A stretch of 64,000 nucleotides of DNA from an uncultured delta proteobacterium (GCA_963753975.1 CAVWEH010000002.1:128001-192000), one strand, 5' to 3'; numbered from the stretch's first letter, positions 30,274 through 41,146 are shown. Numbers and translations are program-made. The notes: a model not told the origin generated them from the sequence alone.

Positions 30274-31338
30274 CTAACTTAAAAAGCCGACCAGAGTCAT
30301 AGTTATAAAATAAAGAAGGTAGATCACAGCAATGACTGTGAAGATTGGGCTTTTCTCTCCTCTGTTTGATTTGCGGTCGATAAATGGAATGAGGAAGAAA
30401 AATAATATTCCGACCGAGACGCAGATAATAGCAATGGTCTCGCCATTGAAACCCCAAATGGTGCCGGGAAAGAGTTTGAGTGTTTCCAACATAAAGAGAA
30501 AATACCATTCGGGTTTGATGCCTTCCGGCGGCGCAGCCAGAGGATTTGCTTTCTTACCGATTTCCGGCGGCAGGAGAATTGCCAGCGTTACCACAATGCC
30601 CAGCACCACCAGCCAGATCATCATATCCTTGTAAAAAACATTGGGGAAGAAGGGTTCTCCTTTGTTTTCTTTCTTTTCCAGAGAAACGGGAATGCTCATG
30701 CCGTGATATTGCACAAAAAGCAGATGCAGGCCGATGAGCAACAGTGAAAATACCGGCAGAATGGCCACGTGGAAGGCGTAGAAGCGGGTGAGGGTATCGC
30801 CGGTTACATCTGTGCCTCCCCTTAAGAAAATTTTTATAAAACTCCCGAGGAACGGCAAAGCGCCCGCGCCTCCTGTAGCAACACGCACCGCGGCAAAAGC
30901 CCGTTCATCCCAGAGCATTAGATAGCCGCTGAGGCCAAAGAAAATGGAGATTACCAGCAGAATAAAACCGGTCACCCAGAGAAACTCCCGCGGCTTGCGG
31001 TAAGATTTAACGAGCAGTGTGCCAAAGAGATGAATAAAGACAAAAACAATACAGAGCTGTGCTCCCCAGTGATGAACAGCCCGGAAAAACCAGCCCATAT
31101 TGATTTTCGTGACGATATCGATGATGCTTTCATAAGCGAAGTCGATATGCGGAATATAATAAAAAGCCAAGAGCATTCCCGTTATAAATTGCAGAATAAA
31201 AAGGAAAAGCGTAATGCCTCCGGTATAATACAGGAAGTCATAACGATGTTGAGGGACAAGCTTGCTTTTGGCAAGTTTCTTCAACTCGGCAATATCATAG
31301 CGCTCCTCAATCCAATTTTTAAACTTTGGCCAGATCAA
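30274..31338 (-). CDS. Cytochrome b subunit of a Rieske/cytb (bc-type) complex
   Basis: Heme His pairs in 'RAVHHWGA...FIHL' and 'AFHV...GLHL'; 'TLTRFY'; Qo motif 'KPEWYF'; b and subunit IV regions are fused. Confidence 0.93.
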   Translation of the reverse strand: MIWPKFKNWIEERYDIAELKKLAKSKLVPQHRYDFLYYTGGITLFLFILQFITGMLLAFYYIPHIDFAYESIIDIVTKINMGWFFRAVHHWGAQLCIVFVFIHLFGTLLVKSYRKPREFLWVTGFILLVISIFFGLSGYLMLWDERAFAAVRVATGGAGALPFLGSFIKIFLRGGTDVTGDTLTRFYAFHVAILPVFSLLLIGLHLLFVQYHGMSIPVSLEKKENKGEPFFPNVFYKDMMIWLVVLGIVVTLAILLPPEIGKKANPLAAPPEGIKPEWYFLFMLETLKLFPGTIWGFNGETIAIICVSVGILFFFLIPFIDRKSNRGEKSPIFTVIAVIYLLYFITMTLVGFLS

Positions 31339-31789
31339 CTTTAGCTCCCTTCCTGACTATAATCAGTTTTTCGCCTTTTTCCATTACTTCAAAAACCTGA
31401 AGCGGTTTGGGCGGTGGACCGGCAATGTTTTTGCCTGTGTCGTCAAACCAGCCCTGATGGCAGGCGCAGTAAAACTTCTTTTCCGCCGGCCGATAAGCCA
31501 CGTTGCATTCCATATGCGTGCAGACGCCTTTAAAAGCGGCAGTGCTTCCGTCTTCTCTTTTTAAAAAGATTCCCGGCACTCCACCCCAGGCAAATATTTT
31601 CGCTGAATTTTCGGGAATAGCGTCAAGATCTTTTTTGGCGAGCACTACAAAATCCGGCTCCTTGCCGAGGGTAGGGAAGGCAAATTTAAACAAGGGAAAA
31701 AGCGTAGCGGAAAAAAAAGCCACAAGCGAGCCGCCGAAAAGAGTATTGAGAAATTGTCTGCGTGTAATGAGGGAATATTTCAATTTCAT
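31319..31789 (-). CDS. Rieske [2Fe-2S] subunit
   Basis: Tat anchor 'TRRQFLN'; boxes 'CTHMEC' and 'CACHQG'; 'GPPPKPL'. Confidence 0.93.
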   Translation of the reverse strand: MKLKYSLITRRQFLNTLFGGSLVAFFSATLFPLFKFAFPTLGKEPDFVVLAKKDLDAIPENSAKIFAWGGVPGIFLKREDGSTAAFKGVCTHMECNVAYRPAEKKFYCACHQGWFDDTGKNIAGPPPKPLQVFEVMEKGEKLIIVRKGAKVDLAKV

Positions 31790-32530
31790 TTTTTTGCTTC
31801 CCTCCGTTCTTTTTTGAATTTATTTTTCAACAGTGTCTTGCGCAAGCCCACAATGCCGTCGGTAGGACGCACATCCTTCGGGCAGGCATCAATACAGCGA
31901 AATACAGTATCGCAACCCCAGACGCCTTTTTCATTATTGAAGATCTCCAGCGCCTGGGCCGATCTTTCATCACGGGAATCGGATGAAAAACGCTGTAATT
32001 TGGCCAGAGCTGCCGGACCCGCATATTCTCCGTCTCTATTTAAAACAGGGCAGGCGCCGTAACAGCAGGCGCAAAGGATGCAATTGACAAACTGATCTAT
32101 CTTCTTTCGATCATCCTCACTTTGGTATATTTCCTTATCAGGAGCGGGGCTCTTGCGTATGAGATATGGCTGTATCTTTTCATACATCTGCCAGAAGGGA
32201 GTCATGTCCACGACGAGGTCTTTGATAATTTCGAAATTGGGCAGAGGCTCCAAGATTATCGTATCTGTGTCGAAAATGGCGACCTGCGTCCGGCAGGCCA
32301 GATCAATTTTACCATTGATGACCATCGCGCACGAGCCGCAAATCGCCGAACGGCAGGAAGACCGGAAGGAAAGCGTCCCGTCAATTTCATCACGAATGCG
32401 TAAAAGCATCGCCAGATACGGTCAGGCCGGGGATAACTTTGATCTTGTAGGATACAAAGTGTGGTTCTTTCTCCGGTTCCTTGACGTCATAACGCAGAAT
32501 TTTGAAGGTATAAGTATCGCTCTTAATCAA
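31786..32530 (-). CDS. sdhB: Succinate dehydrogenase/fumarate reductase Fe-S subunit (one frameshift near 32417)
   Basis: 'SCRSAICGSC', 'CILCACCYGAC', 'CDTVFRCIDAC'; the N-terminus 'FKILRYD' lies in another frame from a TTG overlapping the sdhA stop. Confidence 0.88.
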
Positions 32531-34230
32531 TATTTCCTCTCCATGGGTTGATAGTTGGTAATGACAACGTCTTTATAAGAGATGACCGGCTCTCTCTTTT
32601 TGCCCATTTTGACGATGGTGTGCTTGAGCCACTTCTTATCGTTTCTCGTGGTATAGTCGCGCCGGAAATGAGCGCCGCGGCTCTCCTCACGCAGGAGCGC
32701 GCCCAGAACAATGGTATGCGCTACTTCCAGCATATACTCGAACTCCAGCGCATTGTGCAGTTCATAATTCATGTGCTTATCCGCGGAGGAAATGCTGACG
32801 TTTTTGTATCGTTCCTTGATTTTTATGACTTCATCCAGTGCTTGAGCAAGTTCTATTTTAGTACGGAAAATACCTACTTTTTCGCTCATTAACGCGCCCA
32901 AATCCGCCGCCAGCTTGTAGGGCCTTTCCCCGCCCGGTTTCGTAAGACACGCAATCTTTTTTTCCACTTCTTTTTTTAAATTCTGCAGAGGTTTATCTTT
33001 AGGTTTTAAATTAGTTGCTGACAATTCTTCATCAATGGCTCGGGCGGCAAGTTTCCCGAAGACGATGGTATCAAGAAGCGAATTTCCGCCGAGCCGGTTG
33101 GCGCCGTGGACGCTCACGCAGGAGCATTCACCCGCGGCGTAAAATCCTTTTATAGCGGAGGCGCCTTTTTCATTGACATCGATGCCGCCCATCGAATAAT
33201 GCTGAGAAGGCATAATTGGAATCGGCTCTTTGACCGGATCGATACCGATAAAATCGATACAGATACTACGAATACCGGGAAGACACTCCAAAATCTTCTT
33301 TTCCCCCAGATGGCGTAAATCCAGCTGAATATATTTTCCCAGTGGATGATCAAAACCGCGGCCTTCATTAATTTCCGTCTGGATACAACGTGAAACAATA
33401 TCACGCGGCGCAAGTTCCATGGCCGAGGGCGCATAATTTTTCATGAAGCGCTCACCGCGGTTGTTAAAAAGAACACCACCTTCTCCCCGACAACCTTCGG
33501 TCATCAGAATATTCGTGCCGATAAGAGTTGTGGGGTGAAACTGGACAAACTCCATATCTTTCAAGCCCACTCCGGCCTTATAAGCCATGCCGATGCCGCT
33601 GCCGGTATTGATGAGAGCGTTAGTTGAGTTGCGGTAAACTCTTCCGTAGCCGCCGGTCCCGAATATAGTTACTTTGGCGCGCACAGGGATTAGTTCGCCT
33701 GTGTGAATATCGAGAATAACGACGCCGTGGCATTGGCCGTCTTCCACGCATAGGCTCGTAACAAACCATTCGGGATAGATTTTGACTCTTTTATAAACAG
33801 CTCTTTCATAAAGAGTGTTCAAAAGCGAATGGCCGGTGACATCGGCGGAATAGCAGGTGCGCGGGTAGCCTCCTCCGCCGAAAGGGCGCTGCGCGATCGT
33901 TCCGTCGGGAAATCTGCTGAAAGGGCAGCCCCAGTGCTCCATTTCATAGACAATTCCGGGGGCTTCCTTGCACATGATTTCAATCGCATTCTGATCGCCC
34001 AGATAATCACTGCCCTTGACCGTATCGAAGGTATGCTTTTCCCAGGAATCGTCACGGCCGGCGGGATTGTTGGTGAGCGCCGCGTTGATGCCGCCCTGCG
34101 CGGCTATGGAATGTGAACGCACGGGATAGACCTTGGAAATCAATCCCACATCGTATTTATCGCAAAGACCGACGGCCGCCCTGAGTCCGGTCAAGCCGCC
34201 GCCAACTATTAGAATATCGTGAGTAAGCAT
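32527..34230 (-). CDS. sdhA: Succinate dehydrogenase/fumarate reductase flavoprotein
   Basis: FAD-His 'RSHSIAAQGG', 'QFHPT', 'TEGCRGEGG', 'HYSMGG', 'HGANRLGGNSL'; no signal peptide. Confidence 0.95.
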   Translation of the reverse strand: MLTHDILIVGGGLTGLRAAVGLCDKYDVGLISKVYPVRSHSIAAQGGINAALTNNPAGRDDSWEKHTFDTVKGSDYLGDQNAIEIMCKEAPGIVYEMEHWGCPFSRFPDGTIAQRPFGGGGYPRTCYSADVTGHSLLNTLYERAVYKRVKIYPEWFVTSLCVEDGQCHGVVILDIHTGELIPVRAKVTIFGTGGYGRVYRNSTNALINTGSGIGMAYKAGVGLKDMEFVQFHPTTLIGTNILMTEGCRGEGGVLFNNRGERFMKNYAPSAMELAPRDIVSRCIQTEINEGRGFDHPLGKYIQLDLRHLGEKKILECLPGIRSICIDFIGIDPVKEPIPIMPSQHYSMGGIDVNEKGASAIKGFYAAGECSCVSVHGANRLGGNSLLDTIVFGKLAARAIDEELSATNLKPKDKPLQNLKKEVEKKIACLTKPGGERPYKLAADLGALMSEKVGIFRTKIELAQALDEVIKIKERYKNVSISSADKHMNYELHNALEFEYMLEVAHTIVLGALLREESRGAHFRRDYTTRNDKKWLKHTIVKMGKKREPVISYKDVVITNYQPMERKY

Positions 34231-34232
34231 AA

Positions 34233-34538
34233 TTACGAAACCCTGACAAAAAAGTAAATTAAAACGGCCGAAACAGCCGCTGCCGCAATGTTCGATACCC
34301 AGAACAACTGCTTTTCCTTGCGGTAACCAAAATCAATAATGATAGTGCGAATACCGTAGATGCTGTGAAAAGTAAAAAGAATCAGGATAAGAACATCAAT
34401 AACCGGATTCCTGTGCAGACTCAAAGCCCAGTCCGGCCGATTATCTTTGGGCAAAAGAAAGTAGCCGGTCAAGATTTTGATGCCGATCAGAACGATCAGC
34501 GTCGCTCCGCTAATGCGATGAAAAAGCCAAATGAACAT
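34233..34538 (-). CDS. Small 3-TM succinate dehydrogenase anchor (SdhC-like)
   Basis: 'WLFHRISG' and 'FHSIYGIR' motifs; only 101 aa. Confidence 0.82.
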   Translation of the reverse strand: MFIWLFHRISGATLIVLIGIKILTGYFLLPKDNRPDWALSLHRNPVIDVLILILFTFHSIYGIRTIIIDFGYRKEKQLFWVSNIAAAAVSAVLIYFFVRVS

Positions 34539-34569
34539 ATGTTCCCCCTACCTGTTTGTGATTAAACCC

Positions 34570-35352
34570 TCATTTTCCTTTATAGCTCGGTTTTCTTTTT
34601 TCCAAAAAGGCCTTCATGCCTTCCGTTTGATCTTCACTGGCAAAGGCCAGAGAGAAAGACGCTCTTTCAATAATTTTGCCCGTGTAGTTATCAACATCTT
34701 GCGAATTTTGCACCGAATATTTTGCTAAACCAACAGCGACCGGACTGTGCCGGGTGATCATCTTGGCCATGGCAAAAGTTTCTTCCATCAATTTATCATC
34801 AGGAACAACTTTATTTACAAGGTTGATAGACAGAGCCTCTGCGGCCGAAATCATTTTGCCGGTAAGGACAAGCTCTTTGGCTTTACCTAAGCCCACCAGC
34901 TTGGAAAGACGAACCGTTCCGCCAGCACCGGGAATAATACCGATATTAATTTCCGGCTGGCCGAATTGCGCGCTTTCTCCGGCGATGCGAATATCACAGC
35001 CCATGGCTAATTCACAACCGCCGCCCAGGCAGAAACCGGCAATTGCCGCAATAAACGGTTTTCTCGATTCTTCCATTCTCAATGTTAGATCCCAAAGCTC
35101 CGAGTTGGAAAACATCTCCATAGAGGTGTTATTGACCATGGCGGCAATATCCGCTCCCGCAGCAAAAACCTTCTGGCCTCCGGTGAGGATGATGGCGCGC
35201 ACATTCGCATCCGCTTCCATATCGGCGATCGCCCGGGCTAATTCCGTTCGGACGGTTTGATTGATCGCATTGCGCACTTCGGGACGGTTCAGGGTAATGA
35301 TGCCGAGTTTCTCCTCGGCTTTTTTCTCTACAATAATAGCAGTATAACTCAT
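34570..35352 (-). CDS. Enoyl-CoA hydratase (crotonase family)
   Basis: 'FAAGADI', 'GGGCELA', 'QPEINIGIIPGAGG' with both catalytic Glu. Confidence 0.93.
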   Translation of the reverse strand: MSYTAIIVEKKAEEKLGIITLNRPEVRNAINQTVRTELARAIADMEADANVRAIILTGGQKVFAAGADIAAMVNNTSMEMFSNSELWDLTLRMEESRKPFIAAIAGFCLGGGCELAMGCDIRIAGESAQFGQPEINIGIIPGAGGTVRLSKLVGLGKAKELVLTGKMISAAEALSINLVNKVVPDDKLMEETFAMAKMITRHSPVAVGLAKYSVQNSQDVDNYTGKIIERASFSLAFASEDQTEGMKAFLEKRKPSYKGK

Positions 35353-35371
35353 GGATATCCTCCTTCTAGAT

Positions 35372-37207
35372 TTAATTAACCACCAATGATTCTTCCGGGC
35401 AAGCAATCACAATATCTTCTTCACTCTTAATCAGCTCTGTAGTGAGAAATGCTTGGGGAAGTATGTTATTTAAGTAATAGCGGGCGGACGCGATTTTGCC
35501 CTCGTAAAATATTGCCTCGCTTGTTCCTTTTTTCTGTCCGGAGAGCTTTTGCGAGGCAATCAACGCCTGTTCCAGAAGGCATTGACTTACAAAGACCTGT
35601 GAACAGACAAAGAGCGCCCGCATAGCGTTAAGTGGTATCAACTGCCGCTTGGCATCAAAATTACCATACCAGGAATCAAAGGTTCTCTTAACTTCCGTCA
35701 GGGCTTGATAACCTGTGTCCAGATTTTTCATTTCCTTCTCCAAGCCTTTGGCTTTCATGTTGGCATCGATAAATTCCTTGATGGAAGCGAGCCAGTGAGC
35801 AAAAGGTGCCCCTTCCTTCATGCGCATTTTGCGCCCGACCAGGTCGTTGGCGTGAATAAACGATGTGCCTTCCCAAATGGTCAAAATCTTGGAATCACGC
35901 AGATATTGTTCTACCGGATATTCCGTGGAGTAGCCGACGCCTCCTAAAACCTGAATCGCTTCGGCGATAACACCGAGGCTTGCTTCACTGCCATAGCCTT
36001 TAACCAGGGGTGTAAGAATTTCAGCAAACTCACCGTATTTTTTAGCTTTTTCTTTATCAGAAGAGTTACCCTGAATATCCAAATAATAAAACCCCTTGAA
36101 AATCATCGCCCGGATTCCTTCGACCGTGGCTTTCATGTCGAGAAGCATGCGGCGAATATCTTCATGTTTGATAATCGGTACGCGATCGGCGTTTTTGATG
36201 CCGAAAGGACGGCCCTGAATGCGTTCCGTGGCATACTGGGAGGCAAAATAGTAAGCGGCTGCGGCCTGCGTATTAGAATTATGGCCGGTGCCGATTCGCG
36301 ATTCGTTCATCATGTGAAACATCATGGAAAGGCCTTGAGAAAAGCCTCTGGCATCGGGAGCTGGGCCGAGCATAATACCACGGCAGTTATCGTCGTCGCC
36401 GAAATTAAGTAGTGCCGTCGCCTGCGCGTGCAGTCCCATTTTGTGCTCGATGCTGACTGTGACGACGTCATTATGTTTGCCCAGAGAGCCGTCATCATTT
36501 ACCCATATTTTAGGGACAATATAAAGTCCGATACCTGGCGAGCCGGGCGCTCCTTTTTCGGGACGTGCGAGTACGAGATGGATCGTATTTTCACCCGTGC
36601 CCTGGTCTCCGGCAGTGATGAACATTTTGGTTCCTTTGATCTTCCAGATACGGGGATCTTCAGTGGGATAGGCGTGCGTGATGATATCACCGGTATCCGA
36701 ACCGAAGTTCGGTTCGGTCAGGCACATTGTTCCCTGCCAATCGCCGCTGAGCATTTTCGGAATGAACATGTCGTTATCTTTTTGAGCACCGAAACGCAGG
36801 ATAAGATTGGCCGCGCCGCTGGTTAATTTTACGCAGGAGGTAAGGGCGGGGCAGGCGGCGGTATTCATTTCCGCGATAGCCTTGTACAGGATCAGGGGCA
36901 TTCCTGTTTCGATTTTGATACATTCGCTGCTGGAACCCCAGCCATTTTGCTGTAAAAACTGGTAGGCTTCTTTGAAACCGGGAACAGGCGTCACCTTGCC
37001 ACCTTCGAACTTAACGCCAATTTTGTCTCCCGGGGCGTTGATGGGATTGACGATTTCCCGCGCCACCTTATAACCTTCGTTCAGCAGCATTTCCACATCA
37101 TCGAGGCTGAAATTTTCCTTGAATCTGTTGCAGGCAAGCACTTCTTCGGCAGGCAACCATTCCCTAAGAATGAATTTCAAATCTCTCAGGTCGTACTTAA
37201 ATTCCAT
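35372..37207 (-). CDS. Long-form (~600 aa) acyl-CoA dehydrogenase
   Basis: 'GTMCLTEP', 'GTKMFIT', 'MFHMMNESR', 'IWEGT', 'GKIASARYY'. Confidence 0.93.
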   Translation of the reverse strand: MEFKYDLRDLKFILREWLPAEEVLACNRFKENFSLDDVEMLLNEGYKVAREIVNPINAPGDKIGVKFEGGKVTPVPGFKEAYQFLQQNGWGSSSECIKIETGMPLILYKAIAEMNTAACPALTSCVKLTSGAANLILRFGAQKDNDMFIPKMLSGDWQGTMCLTEPNFGSDTGDIITHAYPTEDPRIWKIKGTKMFITAGDQGTGENTIHLVLARPEKGAPGSPGIGLYIVPKIWVNDDGSLGKHNDVVTVSIEHKMGLHAQATALLNFGDDDNCRGIMLGPAPDARGFSQGLSMMFHMMNESRIGTGHNSNTQAAAAYYFASQYATERIQGRPFGIKNADRVPIIKHEDIRRMLLDMKATVEGIRAMIFKGFYYLDIQGNSSDKEKAKKYGEFAEILTPLVKGYGSEASLGVIAEAIQVLGGVGYSTEYPVEQYLRDSKILTIWEGTSFIHANDLVGRKMRMKEGAPFAHWLASIKEFIDANMKAKGLEKEMKNLDTGYQALTEVKRTFDSWYGNFDAKRQLIPLNAMRALFVCSQVFVSQCLLEQALIASQKLSGQKKGTSEAIFYEGKIASARYYLNNILPQAFLTTELIKSEEDIVIACPEESLVVN

Positions 37208-37262
37208 TTTCGCTCTCCTTGTTTTTTAATATTCTATTCACATCTATCTTGCTGTATTCATC

Positions 37263-39023
37263 TTACGGACGGTCCAGACCTTTCACTATTTCGGAGCGAA
37301 TGATACGCGGCAATATCATATGATGTTTAGGACAGATCGCTTGCGGATTCTGGTAAACGCAATTGGTAAAGGCCACGAGATATTTACGGATTTCATGAAA
37401 ACGCACGACTTCATCGACAAAACCTTTCTTGGCGCAAAACAGAGGCCCGGAAGTCTTGTCATAGTGTTCAACCATCTCGTTCATTTTGTCGATAACAGGT
37501 TTTAAAGGTTTCCCGGCATCTTTCTCCTTGACCAGTCTGCGGGCGTAACTTGCGGCGGCCGCTGTTTCGCCGTGCATCACATTGATTTCGGTTGCGGCCG
37601 TGCCCAGCGAGAAAGCATTGTTGTTATTGGCTGTCGGGCCACCTAAAACATAATGCGCGGCGGCGGTTCCTTTGCGCAAAACAACGAGCATCATCGGCAG
37701 ATTTGTATTTTCAATGGAATAAATCAATGATTGACCTAAGCCCAGAAGCTCGGCTTTTTCCGCGATATCTCCCACGTCAATTCCGGTGGTATCTTGAAAC
37801 CAGATCACCGGAACCTTGTCGCGGGAGCAGAGTGTTACGAATTCGCTCATTTTGATTAAGCCTTGACGGTAGAGCTTGCCTCCGACGCCGATATATTCAT
37901 TGGTGTATTCAGGATAATCAGGCAGAATGCCCTGCCGATTGCCGATGGCACCGATGAGATAGCCGTTGATTTTTACCAGGCCTGTGTAAATTTCCGGGCC
38001 GAATCCCGGACGAAATTCGAGATGTTCGGAGTTGTCCACCAGCCGGGCGAGAACCTGTTCGAAATCGTACACCCTTTTTTTATTCATCGGAATTATAGAG
38101 GTAATTTCCATGGGCGAATATCTCGGTTCGGCAGGTTCGCTTACGCGGAAAAATTTGGGGTTGTAAGCCGGCATATCCGCCATATAATCTTTGATCGCAT
38201 CCAGGACTTGCTTCTCTTCGTCGAAAACAGCGCTGAAAAAACCGGTCACATCATAATGGACTTTGACACTTCCCGGAGGAACCGATTGGAAATGTCTCGT
38301 TGCGTTAATAATCTCTTCCGCCCCTTCTTCATCAAAAGAACCTTTCGGGGACATGCCGCTCACGATGCCGCCGCCGCCCACAGCCATGTTAGCTTTTTTG
38401 TGGGCAAGTAAAATAGTCGGGCTGATGGCCTGGTAGCCGCCGCCGGCGGGATTGGTGCCGTAGATACCGGCAATAACGGGTATGCCCATCTGTTCCAGTT
38501 CGGCATGACGGAAAAAGCATGTTCCCTGACCGCGACGATTGGCATAAACCTTTTCCTGCTCGGGTAACTTAACACCGGAGCAATTCACCAGCCAGACCAG
38601 GGGAACATGCAGAATCTTGGCGATGTCCGTCACGCGCAGATTGTTTTCCGCCTGCCCGGCAATCCAGGCGCCAGCCATCCATTTGTTATTAAAGCCGATG
38701 AGAATGCACCATTTGCCGTTGATACGAGCCAGACCGTCAACAACACCGGTACTGCCCGATTCCTCGTTTTCCGGATCGAATATGGTGTGCAGAGGGCAAA
38801 ATGTTCCGGGATCGACTAGATAATCAATACGCTCCCAGACGCTCATTTCGCCGCGTTCATGCATAGCTTCGAGCGGTACGCCGACTTTTTTAATCCTCGC
38901 TGCTTCGGCATCGAGCTGTCTCATTACTTCTTCCGCCTGCTTGATGTTCTCCTTCATACTATCGATTTGTTTCGGCGAAAGCGCCTTTCCCAAAGGATCC
39001 ATTTTCTCAAAATATTGTTTCAT
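37263..39023 (-). CDS. gcdA: Glutaconyl-CoA decarboxylase alpha (carboxyltransferase) subunit
   Basis: N-terminus 'MKQYFEKM', 'NCSGVKL', 'GTNPAGGGY', 'RKGTAAAHYVLGGP', 'HGETAA' resemble GcdA. Confidence 0.85.
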   Translation of the reverse strand: MKQYFEKMDPLGKALSPKQIDSMKENIKQAEEVMRQLDAEAARIKKVGVPLEAMHERGEMSVWERIDYLVDPGTFCPLHTIFDPENEESGSTGVVDGLARINGKWCILIGFNNKWMAGAWIAGQAENNLRVTDIAKILHVPLVWLVNCSGVKLPEQEKVYANRRGQGTCFFRHAELEQMGIPVIAGIYGTNPAGGGYQAISPTILLAHKKANMAVGGGGIVSGMSPKGSFDEEGAEEIINATRHFQSVPPGSVKVHYDVTGFFSAVFDEEKQVLDAIKDYMADMPAYNPKFFRVSEPAEPRYSPMEITSIIPMNKKRVYDFEQVLARLVDNSEHLEFRPGFGPEIYTGLVKINGYLIGAIGNRQGILPDYPEYTNEYIGVGGKLYRQGLIKMSEFVTLCSRDKVPVIWFQDTTGIDVGDIAEKAELLGLGQSLIYSIENTNLPMMLVVLRKGTAAAHYVLGGPTANNNNAFSLGTAATEINVMHGETAAAASYARRLVKEKDAGKPLKPVIDKMNEMVEHYDKTSGPLFCAKKGFVDEVVRFHEIRKYLVAFTNCVYQNPQAICPKHHMILPRIIRSEIVKGLDRP

Positions 39024-39050
39024 TTTTAAAACCCGCAAATTATGATTTGG

Positions 39051-39931
39051 TTAGCCCTGCCTATTTAAAGCCTGTTTCATCGCCTCGGCTATTTTAGTGG
39101 GACTTTTCGCCACGGTAACACCGCATTCGGAAAGTACCCTGATTTTATCCGCTGCCAGGCCTTTGCCACCGGTAATAATTGCGCCGGCGTGCCCCATGCG
39201 TTTGCCCGGAGGTGCCGTAAGTCCGGCAATAAAGGCAGCAACGGGTTTTCTCATATTTTTTTTGATCCATTCGGCCGCCGTTTCTTCGGCATCGCCGCCG
39301 ATTTCGCCGATCATAAAGATACCTTTTGTTTGAGAATCTTCGTTGAATAGTTTCAGTATATCCATGAAACTCATGCCGATTATCGGATCTCCACCAATCC
39401 CCACGCAGGTAGATTGACCCAAACCGGATTCAGTTAGCTGTTTTACCGCCTCATAGGTGAGCGTGCCGCTACGGGAAACAACGCCGATTTCTCCCTTTTT
39501 ATGAATGGCACCGGGCATGATTCCCAGCCTCGCATTCACCCGGCGTAATCACACCGGGACAATTTGGGCCAATGAGTTTCATTGAGCTGTCCCTGAAGAT
39601 ATCTTTTTACCACGACCATATCGCGTATAGGAATGCCTTCGGTAATACAAACGGCCAGTTCAATCCCACCATCTGCCGCTTCCAGAATCGCCTCTGCCGC
39701 CCAGGGGGCGGGAACTAAAATCATCGAAACCGTGGCCCTCGTTGCGCGGACTGCCTCGCGAAGGGTATCGAATACGGGAAATCCCTCGATTGTAGTGCCG
39801 CCTTTTCCTGGAGTGATTCCTCCGACAATATTGCTTCCGTAATCCCGGCACTGCAAAGCGTGAAAAAGGCCGCTTTTACCGGTGATGCCTTGAACAATTA
39901 TTTTAGAAGCACTGTTGATCAAAATGGCCAT
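39051..39931 (-). CDS. sucD: Succinyl-CoA synthetase alpha subunit (two frameshifts near 39590 and 39530)
   Basis: 'VQGITG', 'CITEGIP', intermediate frame 'IGPNCPG', 'SRSGTLTYE', phospho-His 'RMGHAGA'. Confidence 0.9.
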
Positions 39932-39961
39932 TTCTTTATCCGTCGGTTTTAAAATTATTCC

Positions 39962-41146
39962 TTAATTTATGAGGAGGGCTTTGCGTTTTTTATTGACCTT
40001 CTGGACAATTTTAGCTACGCCATCTCTGAGATTATCAACGGTTTCGACGTTCAGCCCTGATTGAGAAAGAAGGCTTTTGCCTTCGGCAAGGCGGCTTCCA
40101 TCCATCCTCACCACGATAGGGAGGCTGCAAACTATATCCGTTGTGGCGTCAATAATACCTTGAGCGATTATGTCACAGCGCATAATGCCGCCGAAAATGT
40201 TAACAAAAATTCCTTTTACCTTTTTATCTTTTAAAATAATCTTAAAAGCCTCGGCCACTTTTTCCCTGTTTGCTCCGCCGCCGACATCAAGGAAGTTAGC
40301 CGGTTCGCCCCCACATTCTTTCAAAGCATCCAGTGTGGCCATGGCCAGACCGGCGCCATTCACCATACAGCCTATGTTTCCGTTTAATTTTATATAAGCG
40401 AGGTCAAATTTTTTAGCCTGAATTTCCAGAATATCCAACTGTGAAAAATCAATCATTTTTTCATAATCAGGGTGACGGAAGAGAGCATTGTCGTCGAAAT
40501 TTATTTTACAGTCCATGGCTATCAATTTACCGGCCTTGCCGACAGCAAGAGGATTAATCTCAACTAATGAGCAATCCTTTTCTAAAACTATTTTATACAA
40601 ATTCTGCACGAGTTTAACGCCATCATCGACAATTTTGCCTTTCAGTCCCAGGGCTAGGGCCATTTCGCGGGCCTGATAGGGCCGTACTCCAAGAAAAGGA
40701 TCAATATAAAGAGTATGAATTTTTTCGGGTGACACGCGCGCCACTTCTTCGATATCCATGCCTCCTTCGGCAGAAGCGATAAGGCAATAGCGGGATGTCT
40801 GTCTATCCAGAGTGATGGAGAGATAAAACTCTTTTTCGATTTCCACGATTTCCTCAATAAGAATATACTTGACGGCCAGCCCCTTACTCCCGGTCTGAAT
40901 AGTCACCAGTTTCTTTTTAAAGAGTTCTTTTGCCGCCTCAACGGCTTGAAGTGGATCCTGCACTTTCATTACCCCTCCGGCTTTTCCGCGGCCACCCGCG
41001 TAGATCTGCGCTTTCAATACGCAGGGCCGACCGAATTCCTCCAGAACCTTCTGTGTTTGGCGGATCGTTTTTACCATTCTTCCGGCCGGCACGGGGATAT
41101 CGTATGATTTCAGAATCTCTTTGGCCTGGTATTCATGAATATTCAT
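39962..41146 (-). CDS. sucC: Succinyl-CoA synthetase beta subunit
   Basis: '[10 protein letters not shown]', 'GGRGKAGG', 'NGAGLAMAT', 'NFLDVGGGA'. Confidence 0.97.
   Translation of the reverse strand: MNIHEYQAKEILKSYDIPVPAGRMVKTIRQTQKVLEEFGRPCVLKAQIYAGGRGKAGGVMKVQDPLQAVEAAKELFKKKLVTIQTGSKGLAVKYILIEEIVEIEKEFYLSITLDRQTSRYCLIASAEGGMDIEEVARVSPEKIHTLYIDPFLGVRPYQAREMALALGLKGKIVDDGVKLVQNLYKIVLEKDCSLVEINPLAVGKAGKLIAMDCKINFDDNALFRHPDYEKMIDFSQLDILEIQAKKFDLAYIKLNGNIGCMVNGAGLAMATLDALKECGGEPANFLDVGGGANREKVAEAFKIILKDKKVKGIFVNIFGGIMRCDIIAQGIIDATTDIVCSLPIVVRMDGSRLAEGKSLLSQSGLNVETVDNLRDGVAKIVQKVNKKRKALLIN

Noticed and set aside
30266..30508. 5' part of the 165-aa ORF overlapping cytochrome b
   Set aside because: An alternate-frame shadow of cytb; the plausible gene starts at 30265
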